Assembly: GCA_014189685.1 (NCBI GenBank)
Contig: DVAB01000023.1
Coordinates: 15,346 to 79,345 of the forward strand
DNA length: 64,000 bases
Direction of reading: 5' to 3'
Source: Candidatus Naiadarchaeum limnaeum
Lineage (GTDB): Archaea > Undinarchaeota > Undinarchaeia > Undinarchaeales > Naiadarchaeaceae
The notes beneath the pieces were generated by a model that saw only the letters and a list, made by a program, of their open reading frames with translations, was not told where the DNA came from and ran no database searches. The position numbers were made by a program, and so were the translations under genes. Position 1 is the stretch's first letter; each line of letters opens with the position of its first letter. This document shows, in pieces, positions 17,605 through 27,399 of this stretch.

Positions 17605-18921
17605 ATGGAACTCGACAATCTAGAGAACTGGCGCAAATCCCACTATGCTAATGAAATTACCCCAAAATCAGACGGAAAAAAAGTTGTTCTAATGGGTTGG
17701 ATGCGCGAAATTCGTTTGCACGGGAAGCTTGCTTTTATAGTTTTAGCAGACCGAAGCGGAGATTGCCAAATAACTATAAAAGAGGAAGAAAATTCAAAAT
17801 TTTTTGAAAAAATCCGCTCCCTAAATAGAGAAGATGTTATCGCAGTAAAAGGAACTGTTAAAAAAACAAAGCAAACTGTCCGCGGAGTTGAAGTTTTGCT
17901 TTCTGATTTTAAGCTTTTAAACCGTGCGCAAACACCTCTGCCCTTGGATGTTGCTGAAAAAACCCCAGCGCTTTTTGATACTCGTTTAGATAATCGTGTC
18001 TTGGATTTAAGAAAGCCAAAAGTTCTTGTGATTTTTAAAATTCGCGGCGAGATTTTGCGCGCAGCACGCGAATATTTTGCAAAAAACAATTTTATGGAAA
18101 TCGAAACCCCAAAAATTATTGCAACTGCAACCGAGGGAGGCGCAGAACTATTTCCAGTTTCATATTTTGACAAAGCCGCGTTTTTGAGACAAAGCCCGCA
18201 ATTATACAAAGAATTGATGACAGCCTGTTTTGAAAAAGTTTTTGAAATCGGGCCGATTTTTAGAGCAGAGCCTTCTGAAACCACGCGCCATATAGCAGAA
18301 GTAACCCAAATGGATATTGAAATAGGCTTTGCAACAGAAGAAGATACTTGGGAAGTTTTTGATGATTTAATTCCTTATATTTACAGCAGTGTGAAAAAAA
18401 ATTGCGCAGACGAACTAAAAATTTTGAGCGCTGATTTAAAAGTTCCAAAAGCTCCTTTCAAGCGGGTTTCATATACAGAAGTTTTAGAAGCACTTTCTAA
18501 AAAAGGCTTAAAATTAAAATGGGGTGAGGATACTCCACCGCATGGAGAAAAACTAATCACAGAAATTTACAAAGGACCAGTAATTGTTTATGGCTACCCA
18601 TCCGAGCTTAAGCCGTTTTATATTGCTATCCATGAAAAAGACTCAAAAATCTCGCATGGTTTTGATTTAATTATGGAAGGGCTCGAGATTGCTTCAGGCG
18701 GCCGCAGAATTCACGATCCAAAAATTTATGAGTCTCGATTAAAAGCAAAAGGTTTGAATCCAGATAATTTTAAAGAGATCACAAAATTCTATCATTTGGG
18801 GATGCCACCGCACTCTGGATGGGCTATTGGGGTTGATAGATTAGTTCAAGTTATTTGCGGATTGCAAAATGTGCGCGAGGCTGTTCTATTTCCAAGGGAT
18901 GTGAAAAGGTTGACGCCTTAA
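17605..18921 (+). CDS. aspS: Aspartyl-tRNA synthetase (archaeal type, class IIb)
   Basis: OB-fold N-terminus, FRAEPSETTRHIAEVTQMDIE (motif 2) and GGRRIHD/GMPPHSGWAIGVDRL (motif 3). Confidence 0.85.
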   Translation: MELDNLENWRKSHYANEITPKSDGKKVVLMGWMREIRLHGKLAFIVLADRSGDCQITIKEEENSKFFEKIRSLNREDVIAVKGTVKKTKQTVRGVEVLLSDFKLLNRAQTPLPLDVAEKTPALFDTRLDNRVLDLRKPKVLVIFKIRGEILRAAREYFAKNNFMEIETPKIIATATEGGAELFPVSYFDKAAFLRQSPQLYKELMTACFEKVFEIGPIFRAEPSETTRHIAEVTQMDIEIGFATEEDTWEVFDDLIPYIYSSVKKNCADELKILSADLKVPKAPFKRVSYTEVLEALSKKGLKLKWGEDTPPHGEKLITEIYKGPVIVYGYPSELKPFYIAIHEKDSKISHGFDLIMEGLEIASGGRRIHDPKIYESRLKAKGLNPDNFKEITKFYHLGMPPHSGWAIGVDRLVQVICGLQNVREAVLFPRDVKRLTP

Positions 18922-20003
18922 ATTAAAACCCCAAAGCTCTGCTCTGCATTCCCAATCCCAACCCCTAAGTCTTTTTCTGTTATTTTTTTGCCTGTTTTTT
19001 TATCAATAAATTCGAATTCTTTAATTGTTGCAGGATACTCATGCCAAGTGAAAGTTGATTTTGCTGGCAATACTCCTTTTATTTTTTTCCTGAACTTCCA
19101 CCACGAATCTGAATAAGTCTCAACTGTAAAGCTAATTTTTTCAGTTTTATTTTCCCCCGAAACAAGGAAAAAAGGATGATCCTCTCTTTCTATTCTCTTT
19201 ATTTTTATATCAAAAATTCTATGTATTTTTCCTTTAAAATAAAATTCAATGTCTTTTTTCAAGGGCAGCTCTCCTGTTATCCTCCCCATATGAATTTTAA
19301 AATAAGTTAATGCTGCGCTTTTTTTGAAGTGGAAAATTCCCCAATACCATGGTAAAGCTGGCGCATTGAGGAAAACTCTCTGGAAATAAGCAGAGCCTTT
19401 TACTCTTTTTCCATGAACAACTCCCGTGAGGTTTAATTTGTTCATTCTCAAAAGCTTGTAATTAAAGCCAAACATTTCCTTGCTATTATGCGTGGGCATT
19501 GTAAACTGATTTAATTCCTTTAAGCTAAGTGCAAAATTAATGCCTTTCAACACCTTTACAAAGAGTTTTTTTCCTTTCAGCGAAAGCTCAGTATCGGGAT
19601 TTTCTGTTTTCAATCCATGTTTGGAAAAGCATAATGGAGTGTGATGCCTTAAAAAATTATGGTGCATTTTTTCTCCATCATAATACCACGCGGCAACTGC
19701 ACCATCTCTAATTTTTCCTCCACTAGTTCTTTCCAAATCGTGGTTTAAAACAATATTCAGGTCATTGCATTCAATTTCGACGTCTTTTTTTGTGCTCCAG
19801 AGTATCATCAATTGCCGCGGTTTTTCAGGATTTTTAGGGTTATTGAACATAAAGAGGAAAAACCACCACCACCAACTACCTTTTCTAGGCGTGGTTTTGC
19901 TCATATCAAAAACCTCTTTCTGTATTTCAAAAGCCCTTTTTGAATTAAATCTGTGTTCCATTGTGAGGAGATAGGTAGGATTGTTTTTAATACTTTTGAA
20001 CAA
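18918..20003 (-). CDS. Hypothetical protein, Trp-rich, possibly CrtC/AttH-like
   Basis: 361 aa with a SWWWWFFLF segment. The family assignment is a guess from memory. Confidence 0.3.
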   Translation of the reverse strand: MFKSIKNNPTYLLTMEHRFNSKRAFEIQKEVFDMSKTTPRKGSWWWWFFLFMFNNPKNPEKPRQLMILWSTKKDVEIECNDLNIVLNHDLERTSGGKIRDGAVAAWYYDGEKMHHNFLRHHTPLCFSKHGLKTENPDTELSLKGKKLFVKVLKGINFALSLKELNQFTMPTHNSKEMFGFNYKLLRMNKLNLTGVVHGKRVKGSAYFQRVFLNAPALPWYWGIFHFKKSAALTYFKIHMGRITGELPLKKDIEFYFKGKIHRIFDIKIKRIEREDHPFFLVSGENKTEKISFTVETYSDSWWKFRKKIKGVLPAKSTFTWHEYPATIKEFEFIDKKTGKKITEKDLGVGIGNAEQSFGVLI

Positions 20004-20053
20004 ATTTAAATACCCAAACTCTTAAATACTTTGAATTCTACATTTTCCGAAAC

Positions 20054-21298
20054 ATGGTAACAGAATATGATGCGATTATTGTTGGAGCAGGCCCTGCAGG
20101 CGCAACAGCAGCCATGTACTTAGGAAGAGCAGGCAAGAATGTTCTTCTTGTTGATATGGCAAAGTTCCCAAGAGACAAAGTATGTGGGGATGCTCAAGGA
20201 AGAAGAGCTGCTTCAATAATGAGGGAGCTTGGAATTTACGAGGGCTATACACAGCTCCCTGGAAAAGGAATTTATGGAATGACGTTGAGCTCCCCAAAAG
20301 GGTTTGTTGTTCACTTAGATGTTGAAGATCGCAATAACCCGCCACAGGGATATATACACAGGAGAGTTGATTTTGATAACTATCTTTTTGAAAATGCAGT
20401 TAGAATGTGCCCCAACTTTAAAATTTTTAAAGTGACTGATCTTATTATTGAGAACAATTTTGTAAAAGGAATTATTGGAGTTAATGAACAAGGGCAAACT
20501 GAAGAGATACGATCAAAAGTCGTTCTTGCTGCTGATGGGGCAAACAGTGTTGTTGCTGCAAAGTTTGGCTTGAACAAAAATCCACTTGCCCACTTTATTG
20601 TTGCAATTCGTGCTTATTACAAGAACGTCGAAGGAATGTCAGACCGCATTGAGATACATCTTGTCGAGCGAGTCATTCCTGGCTATTTCTGGATTTTCCC
20701 AATGCCAAATAAGGAGGCAAATGTTGGAATTGGAATGGTAGTTGAGGATATGAACAAGAAAAAACTTAACTTACAGGAAGCAATGCTCCGCGAAATAAAA
20801 GAGAATCCACTCTTCAAGGATAGATTTAAAGACGCATTTATAGAAACCCCTCCTGGAATAAGAGGGTGGAGCTTGCCCGTTGGAAGCCACCACAGGAAAT
20901 GCTATGGGAATGGATTCATGCTGCTTGGAGATGCGGCTTCTCTGATTGATCCCTTGAGCGGAGAAGGAATTGGAAATGCACTGATTTCTGGAAAAATTTC
21001 AGCTCAAATTACAATGGAGGCTCTTGAGAAAAACGACTTCAGCGAGAAATTCCTAAAGAAATACGATACTGAACTCTGGAAGATAGTTGAACCAGAAATG
21101 AAATTAAATTACAAGCTACAGAAAATTGCAAAGAGGTTCCCTGGCCTAATAGACAAGCTTTTGGAAAAGGCAAATAAAGATGATAAGTTCAAAAAGAAGC
21201 TGGAAAAGCACGTGCCTTACACAAGCAACCGTGATGAGCTTCTAAAGAAAGATTTCTTAAGTGAACTTGGATTAGCTGCGACTTTTCTTGGAATATAA
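20054..21298 (+). CDS. Geranylgeranyl reductase family FAD-dependent oxidoreductase
   Basis: YDAIIVGAGPAGATAA FAD-binding fold, GDAAS and LSGEGI motifs, 414 aa. Confidence 0.8.
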   Translation: MVTEYDAIIVGAGPAGATAAMYLGRAGKNVLLVDMAKFPRDKVCGDAQGRRAASIMRELGIYEGYTQLPGKGIYGMTLSSPKGFVVHLDVEDRNNPPQGYIHRRVDFDNYLFENAVRMCPNFKIFKVTDLIIENNFVKGIIGVNEQGQTEEIRSKVVLAADGANSVVAAKFGLNKNPLAHFIVAIRAYYKNVEGMSDRIEIHLVERVIPGYFWIFPMPNKEANVGIGMVVEDMNKKKLNLQEAMLREIKENPLFKDRFKDAFIETPPGIRGWSLPVGSHHRKCYGNGFMLLGDAASLIDPLSGEGIGNALISGKISAQITMEALEKNDFSEKFLKKYDTELWKIVEPEMKLNYKLQKIAKRFPGLIDKLLEKANKDDKFKKKLEKHVPYTSNRDELLKKDFLSELGLAATFLGI

Positions 21299-21356
21299 AA
21301 CTAGGCTCCTTTTAGGCTGAAAAGTTAAATAACTGCAAGCCTTATTCATATTTAAA

Positions 21357-23852
21357 ATGATTAAGAGCATAGAACTTCAGGGCTTCAAAAGTTTTGATAG
21401 ACGAATCTCAATTCCCTTATCCAAGGGCATAACTGCTATTGTGGGCCCCAACGGCAGTGGAAAATCAAACATAGTTGATGCTTTTTGTTTTGTTCTCGGT
21501 CGAACTTCAGCAAAATCTATGCGTGCTGACCGCTTAACTCACCTGATTAACAATGGCGGAACGAAAAAGCAGCCTGCTCCATTCTTAGAAGTTGCACTTG
21601 GCTTTGATAATTCTGATGGTAAATTTGCAGTTGATTCTGAGGAAGTTAAGATTACTCGCCGTTTAACAAGAAACGGAACAATGACTTATAAAATTAATGA
21701 TGACAAATGCACCCGTTCACAATTAATAGACATATTATCGCTTTCTCGTTTGAATCCAGAAGGCTATAACATAATTTTGCAAGGCGATATCACAGCTTTT
21801 ATTGATATGGATCCAGTACAGCGCCGTGGGATCATAGATGAGATCTGTGGAATTGCAGAATACGATGCAAAAAAGATTGAGGCACAAAAAGATCTTACTC
21901 GTGTTGAAGAAAATATTAAGGAAATTGTAATAATGATGAGCGAGCGCAAGAAACGCATTGATGATCTTGCAAAAGAAAAAGAAGATGCTGAAAGATATCA
22001 GCTATACAAAACAGATCTATCAAGAGTTGAGGCAAATCTAGCATACTCAAAAACAAAGAAAATTGAAGCAGAAAGTTTGCAAATCTCAAGCGAGCTCAAA
22101 GTAAGGGAAGATGAAGAAAAAGAAGTTCTAAAAAATCTGCGCGCAGTTGAAAGCGGGATTTCCAAAAAAGAGCGCGAATTAAATGAATTAGATAAACGCT
22201 TAATTCGTGAAGGTGGGGAAGAACAATTTAATATTCGCGCTGAAATTGAAAATTTAAAGACACGCGTTCAAGTGGCCGAAAGCAAAATTGCTTCCAAAAA
22301 AGCCGAGATTTCTGGCATAGATTCAATTATCTCAAGATTGCAGAGCATTGCTGAGGAGGAAGAGGATACAAAAGTTCTTACTCTGAAACAAAATGTTAAA
22401 GGAATACATGGAACTGTTTCAAACTTGTACAAAGTTGATGCAAAATATGCAGCGGCAATCGATTCTTCTGTTGGAGGTCGCGCGAACTACATTGTTGTTG
22501 AAAATGAAAATGTCGCTCTTGAATGCATTGAGTTTTTAAAAAAGAATCAAATCGGCCGCGCAACATTCTTGCCCCTAAGTTTAATTAGGGGGCAGGAATT
22601 GGAGCATGCTAAGGAAAAGGGAATTTTAGGACTAGCGATTAATTATGTAAAATTTGATTCAAAATATAAAAAGATTTTTGAGTATGTTTTTGGAAACACA
22701 TACGTTGTTGAAGATTTAAGAAAAATCAAACCTTTGCTTGGAAAATATAGATTGGTTTCTTTAGACGGGGATCTTGCAGATAAAAGCGGTGCAATTTCTG
22801 GCGGATACAAACGATTGCAACAATCAAAGGCAAGTACTGAGATTGAAAATTACATACAAAAAAGAGATTCACTTCTAGATGAGATTGAAGCGCTTAAAAT
22901 TGAAATTAATGATTTGAATGGGCGTTTAAAAACTTCCAATGAAAAAGAAACAAAATTTGGAACTGAATTTCAGGGATTAAGAACAATGCGCGATTTAATC
23001 GAGGGCGAACTTGAAAAGATGCGCAGTGAAAGAGAAAATATTTCAAATGAGCATGATGCGGTTGTTAGAAAAGTTGGCGATTTGCGAGTGATAAAAGCAA
23101 CCGTAGATCAAAGATTGGATGATGCAAGAATAAATCTGAAAAGATTTGCTCAGCAAAAGTTTGAAGAAATAGAAGTCGGGCAAGCTGAAAGACAGGTCGA
23201 TGAGTTTATGCGCAAAATTACTGCTCTAGAGCCAGTGAATATGAAGGCAATGCAGGAGTACGAACTAGAAGTACAGAGCTTTAAGGAGTTTGAGGGGAAG
23301 TTTAACAAATTACAGGAGGAGCGAAAATCTGTTCTGAACTTCATAGATGAGATTGAGGGCCGCAAAAAAGAGGTTTTTTTTGGAACATTTAACAAAGTTG
23401 CGGAGGAATTCTCAAAAATATTTCCAAAATTAAGTCCAAGTGGGGAGGCAAAGCTAATTCTCGAAAAGCCAGAAGATCCATTGAATGGAGGGATGCTTGT
23501 TGAATCGCGGCCGGCAGGAAAAAAATTCCAATCTCTCGAACTTCTGAGCGGCGGTGAGAAAGTTTTAACAGCACTTGCATTCCTCTTTGCCCTTCAGAGA
23601 TTTAAACCAGCACCGCTGTACATTCTTGATGAAGTAGATGCAGCTCTAGATCAACACAATTCACTAAGATTTGTTGAGCTTTTGCGCGAAAATATTGGAA
23701 ATGGGCAAATGCTAATTATTTCCCATAATCCTGCAGTTATCAAAAAAGTTGATAGGTTATTTGGAATATCAATGACAGCGGAAGGAGCCTCAAGATTAAT
23801 TGGATTGGATTTGACTGAGTATCAAGCTGCTCCAATTCCAAGGGCTGAATAA
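21357..23852 (+). CDS. smc: SMC chromosome-segregation ATPase, unusually short at 831 aa
   Basis: Walker A GPNGSGKSN. Hinge ANYIVVENENVALECIEFLKKNQIGRATFLPL. Signature LSGGEKVLTALAF. Walker B LYILDEVDAALD. The coiled-coil segments are each about 160-200 aa. Confidence 0.75.
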   Translation: MIKSIELQGFKSFDRRISIPLSKGITAIVGPNGSGKSNIVDAFCFVLGRTSAKSMRADRLTHLINNGGTKKQPAPFLEVALGFDNSDGKFAVDSEEVKITRRLTRNGTMTYKINDDKCTRSQLIDILSLSRLNPEGYNIILQGDITAFIDMDPVQRRGIIDEICGIAEYDAKKIEAQKDLTRVEENIKEIVIMMSERKKRIDDLAKEKEDAERYQLYKTDLSRVEANLAYSKTKKIEAESLQISSELKVREDEEKEVLKNLRAVESGISKKERELNELDKRLIREGGEEQFNIRAEIENLKTRVQVAESKIASKKAEISGIDSIISRLQSIAEEEEDTKVLTLKQNVKGIHGTVSNLYKVDAKYAAAIDSSVGGRANYIVVENENVALECIEFLKKNQIGRATFLPLSLIRGQELEHAKEKGILGLAINYVKFDSKYKKIFEYVFGNTYVVEDLRKIKPLLGKYRLVSLDGDLADKSGAISGGYKRLQQSKASTEIENYIQKRDSLLDEIEALKIEINDLNGRLKTSNEKETKFGTEFQGLRTMRDLIEGELEKMRSERENISNEHDAVVRKVGDLRVIKATVDQRLDDARINLKRFAQQKFEEIEVGQAERQVDEFMRKITALEPVNMKAMQEYELEVQSFKEFEGKFNKLQEERKSVLNFIDEIEGRKKEVFFGTFNKVAEEFSKIFPKLSPSGEAKLILEKPEDPLNGGMLVESRPAGKKFQSLELLSGGEKVLTALAFLFALQRFKPAPLYILDEVDAALDQHNSLRFVELLRENIGNGQMLIISHNPAVIKKVDRLFGISMTAEGASRLIGLDLTEYQAAPIPRAE

Positions 23853-23853
23853 A

Positions 23854-24573
23854 ATGGAAGAAGATAAAATTGAAGAAGAATTTGTTGCTGAGAAGCCAAC
23901 GTTCAATATAGAACAGATTTTGCAGAGTGAGCGCGCTTGGGAATATATTTTGCTTGATATTGTAAAATCTGAAGAGCTTGACCCTTGGGATATTGACATT
24001 ACAAAATTAACACAAATTTATCTTGATAGGATTCAAAAAATGAAGGAACTAGATTTAAGAATTCCTGCCAGAATTATTTTAGCAGCAGCAATTCTTTTGC
24101 GGTTAAAATCTGAAACTCTTTCACTAACCAAATCAGAAGAGGGTATGTTTGAGGAATTATTTGGGCAAGAAGAGGAAATTCCAGCAGAAGAGCCAGAGCC
24201 TGTTCCTCTTTTAGATTTAAGATTGACACGAAAGCCATTGCGCAAAATTACGCTTGCAGATTTGATCGAAACGCTTGAAAAAGCAATGGAAAAATCACAT
24301 CGTGAAAGAGCTCTGCCATACCAAGTTGCACTAAATTTGCCAGAGGTTGATATTTCTGAAATGATTGAAACTTTATACAGAAAAATTTATAACATGCGCG
24401 AGGAAAAAATTCCTTTCAGGGCATTGTTGCCACAAAATACCACAAGCCATGCTGTTGATACTTTTCTCCCTCTACTGCATTTGGCAAATGAACAAAGGAT
24501 TGATTTAGAACAGGAAGGAATTTTTTCAGAGCTTTTTATTTTAAAGCAGAAGATAAAGGCTAACGCTTCATAG
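23854..24573 (+). CDS. scpA: Segregation and condensation protein A (kleisin)
   Basis: Begins 2 nt after the smc stop. ELDPWDIDITKL and acidic linker typical of ScpA. Confidence 0.65.
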   Translation: MEEDKIEEEFVAEKPTFNIEQILQSERAWEYILLDIVKSEELDPWDIDITKLTQIYLDRIQKMKELDLRIPARIILAAAILLRLKSETLSLTKSEEGMFEELFGQEEEIPAEEPEPVPLLDLRLTRKPLRKITLADLIETLEKAMEKSHRERALPYQVALNLPEVDISEMIETLYRKIYNMREEKIPFRALLPQNTTSHAVDTFLPLLHLANEQRIDLEQEGIFSELFILKQKIKANAS

Positions 24574-25864
24574 CTTCGCTTTGTAGATTTCTTGGCACCC
24601 TGATACGGTATTTGTCAATAATGTACGCACATCTTCCTAGGGGGCTACCAAAGATGAATTTTTCCTTTTCTTCTTCTGGAAACTTTATTTGTTGTATTTT
24701 TCTTTTAGAATCTTTGTTATAAGCGGCACATACGCTCCTTAATTCTCTTGGTGCTCTAAAAACATTGATAATTATTGGAATTCTATAGTGTGTATCCATT
24801 TTCTGCCGGAACGTTTCTATTATATCCCTATCAAAATTGTACATCTCATCTCTAAAAACTTCAAATAGCCCATTTAATTTGTCAAAATGTGGTTTGTCCG
24901 TTACTATAAATGTCTTAGAAGGTCTCCCATGAAACAAACTTTGAACAGCCTCCTTAGGAGTTCTTGGTCCGAATGCAACAACTAACCTCTTTTTAATTTC
25001 TTGTATGAACCCTATCTTTGCTAGTTCATCAACAGCTCTTGATGCATCTCCATCCATTCTTTCTGCAATATCTTTCACCTGTGCAGCCGCTTCTAATGGT
25101 TTTGTGGTAAATCTGTAGACTACAAGCCCCTCGCTTGAGGCGTACATCCCACGAAGACTTGCTTTTAAAAATCTGCTCATCCATTTATTTCTCATCTCAC
25201 CAACATTTGGCGCACTTTCATAAAGCCTTTCATATACATGAGCAAAAACTCCTTCGGGATTTGAAAGCATTCTTTTGAAATCTTTCGAACTCTTCTTTGT
25301 GCATTCTTCAAAAACAAACTTTAGTAGTAGTTTTGCGGCTGCAATTGCACAGTAAATATTTTTCTTACTTGGGTTTTCGGGATAGATGTTCTTTTCAAAT
25401 ACATTACAAATATCTGCAATTGTTCCACCTCTAAAGTGACTGGGCTCTACTCCACCTTTTAGCAATATACAAATCTCTTCTATTTTTTTCTTTGGTATTC
25501 TCGCATTTCCATAGTAGTGATTTATTTCAAAAAATGGTAAAAAACCATAGACACCTATGTCTCTGGCGCCATTGTAGTTTAATTCATTCCCAAAAACAAA
25601 GCCGAAATCTTTAAGGGCATCTGCATCCTTAAGATAATCGTACATTTTTTTGCGCTCATCTTTTGATTCATCCTTTTCGTCTTCATGGATATGATAGAGG
25701 TATTCTATTTTTCCTGTCCACAAAGGGATGACTACAAAATTAGTCTTTAACCATTTAGCGAATTTTTTAAGAGGTGTTTTTGTTATAGAATAAATTTGAT
25801 AAATAAGTTTAAGAAGTTCTATTATGGACATCTGTCCTGTCCTATCGCTTCTGAGACTTGGCAT
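24560..25864 (-). CDS. Hypothetical 434 aa protein with no recognisable domain
   Basis: Long ORF with good coding character. No catalytic or fold motif identified by eye. Confidence 0.35.
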   Translation of the reverse strand: MPSLRSDRTGQMSIIELLKLIYQIYSITKTPLKKFAKWLKTNFVVIPLWTGKIEYLYHIHEDEKDESKDERKKMYDYLKDADALKDFGFVFGNELNYNGARDIGVYGFLPFFEINHYYGNARIPKKKIEEICILLKGGVEPSHFRGGTIADICNVFEKNIYPENPSKKNIYCAIAAAKLLLKFVFEECTKKSSKDFKRMLSNPEGVFAHVYERLYESAPNVGEMRNKWMSRFLKASLRGMYASSEGLVVYRFTTKPLEAAAQVKDIAERMDGDASRAVDELAKIGFIQEIKKRLVVAFGPRTPKEAVQSLFHGRPSKTFIVTDKPHFDKLNGLFEVFRDEMYNFDRDIIETFRQKMDTHYRIPIIINVFRAPRELRSVCAAYNKDSKRKIQQIKFPEEEKEKFIFGSPLGRCAYIIDKYRIRVPRNLQSEAMKR

Positions 25865-25900
25865 GAGAATATCTGTAACTTATTTAATTAAAATATCTTC

Positions 25901-26989
25901 CTATACTCCTATGTCCGCAATTTGAACTCGCCCAAGTTGAAATTTTCCAATTAAACCTTTTTTAAACCTTCCTAAACAAATCACTAAATCCGTATTTACA
26001 ACTACATTTTTTTCTTCTCCAGAATCTGGATTTAATCCAGACGGAACATCAATTGCAACTTTTATTTCAAATTCATTTAATTTTCTAATTGCAGATGCAA
26101 ATGGCTCTCCAATCTCTCCTCTAACACCTGTCCCAAAAATTCCATCAACTACAATTTCACCACTTGTGCTTTCTAAATCTTTTATTTCAATTCCATCATT
26201 TTGTGCGCGCTTGAGATTCATTTTTGCTTCCCAAGTCTGCGGCTGTACAAGCAAGACAATTGAAACTTTTGCTCCCAAACTTTTGAAATAGCGCGCAGCA
26301 ACTAATGCATCGCCGCCATTATTTCCAGGGCCTGCAAAACAAACAACGTTTCTTCTTATTACAGGAAAGAATTCATTTGTTATTCGTGCGATTTCTTTCC
26401 CTGCGTTTTCCATTAATTTTTCAATAGACAATCCTTTTTCAATTGCTTTTTTCTCTAATTCGTGCATTTCATCTCTTGTAACAAAACTTTCTAACTCCCT
26501 ATGCTCTAGTTTTAATCGTTCAACAGTACCACTTTTTAAACCGAATTTTTGCTCAAACGCATGCAAAGTTTCCTGAAAAGAAAGAATTTTTTGGCCAGCA
26601 ACTAAATTATCTCCGTATGAAACAATTTTTTCCTCGACTGTTACTGGAAGCAAATCCTGCACAGGCTCAATTTTTAATGCAAGCGTTTCCTCTTTTGTTA
26701 TTCCAGCGCCAACATGATACTTTGCAATTTTTCTAATTTCCTCTGGCACTGAATAATTTTGCAAAATTTCATATCCAGTTATTCCCTGCCTTACTGAATG
26801 ATCGCGCGCTCGGCCGATATCGTGCAGAAGCGCTCCATATTTTACAAAATCTAAATTAACTTTTACTCCTTTTTGAGTCAATCTATTTGCTAACTCAAGC
26901 GCGGCCTTTTCAACAGTTCTACAGTGCTCTCTAATGTTTTCAGCTAAGCCTTCTTTTTGCCAAATTTTCTGAACTAATTCTTCATTCAT
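25901..26989 (-). CDS. Fusion of HD-domain phosphohydrolase with YjeF_N (NAD(P)H-hydrate epimerase-like) domain
   Basis: The N-terminal ~150 aa carry H...LLHDIGR (HD motif). The C-terminal part carries VVCFAGPGNNGGDALVAAR and GIFGTG, typical of YjeF_N. Confidence 0.6.
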   Translation of the reverse strand: MNEELVQKIWQKEGLAENIREHCRTVEKAALELANRLTQKGVKVNLDFVKYGALLHDIGRARDHSVRQGITGYEILQNYSVPEEIRKIAKYHVGAGITKEETLALKIEPVQDLLPVTVEEKIVSYGDNLVAGQKILSFQETLHAFEQKFGLKSGTVERLKLEHRELESFVTRDEMHELEKKAIEKGLSIEKLMENAGKEIARITNEFFPVIRRNVVCFAGPGNNGGDALVAARYFKSLGAKVSIVLLVQPQTWEAKMNLKRAQNDGIEIKDLESTSGEIVVDGIFGTGVRGEIGEPFASAIRKLNEFEIKVAIDVPSGLNPDSGEEKNVVVNTDLVICLGRFKKGLIGKFQLGRVQIADIGV

Positions 26990-26998
26990 TTTGAAAAA

Positions 26999-27093
26999 TA
27001 GCCCCGAGCAGATTCGAACTGCTGTCTCAGGCTTTCTCTCTCAATCTTTTTGAGACCAGAGGCCCGTATCCTTGGCCGCTAGACGACGGGGCT
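26999..27093 (-). tRNA. tRNA-Gln (CUG) with a 22-nt intron at the canonical 37/38 position
   Basis: Reverse complement: acceptor AGCCCCG/CGGGGCT (A1:U72), D-stem GTCT/GGAT, anticodon stem CGGGC/GCCTG, loop CTCTGG|intron|A, intron TCTCAAAAAGATTGAGAGAGAA with a TCTCAA/TTGAGA hairpin, T-arm AGCAG-TTCGAAT-CTGCT. Confidence 0.65.
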
Positions 27094-27126
27094 AATATTA
27101 TATTTAGCGGGACTTATTTTATAATC

Positions 27127-27399
27127 ATGCAGCTTAAAGACATTTTCTCATTATACCGATTTGGAAGAGGGAAGAAACTTTCTAATTTGAGAGTTACAAT
27201 TATCCACCGCGGCGCGCCGCAGGATAAAAAAACAATTAATTTTGCGAGAACTGAAGTAAAAATTTTCCGCAGCCATTTTGAATATTTTGATAGGGCGGAA
27301 AATGATTTTATTTATATCCCCTTTCATAGAATTCTTGAAATTAGAGCAAAAGCAAAAATTATTTACAGAAAGCGTATGCCTATGCAGCGCGGTCAATGA
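27127..27399 (+). CDS. Small conserved hypothetical protein (IPFHRI motif, possibly UPF0248/DUF504-like)
   Basis: 90 aa ORF. The family guess comes from the YIPFHRIL motif only. Confidence 0.25.
   Translation: MQLKDIFSLYRFGRGKKLSNLRVTIIHRGAPQDKKTINFARTEVKIFRSHFEYFDRAENDFIYIPFHRILEIRAKAKIIYRKRMPMQRGQ

Noticed and set aside
24560-27100. Integrated mobile element at tRNA-Gln
   Set aside because: No integrase, transposase, direct repeat of the tRNA 3' end or att-like duplication was seen. The two genes upstream of the tRNA show no compositional discontinuity.
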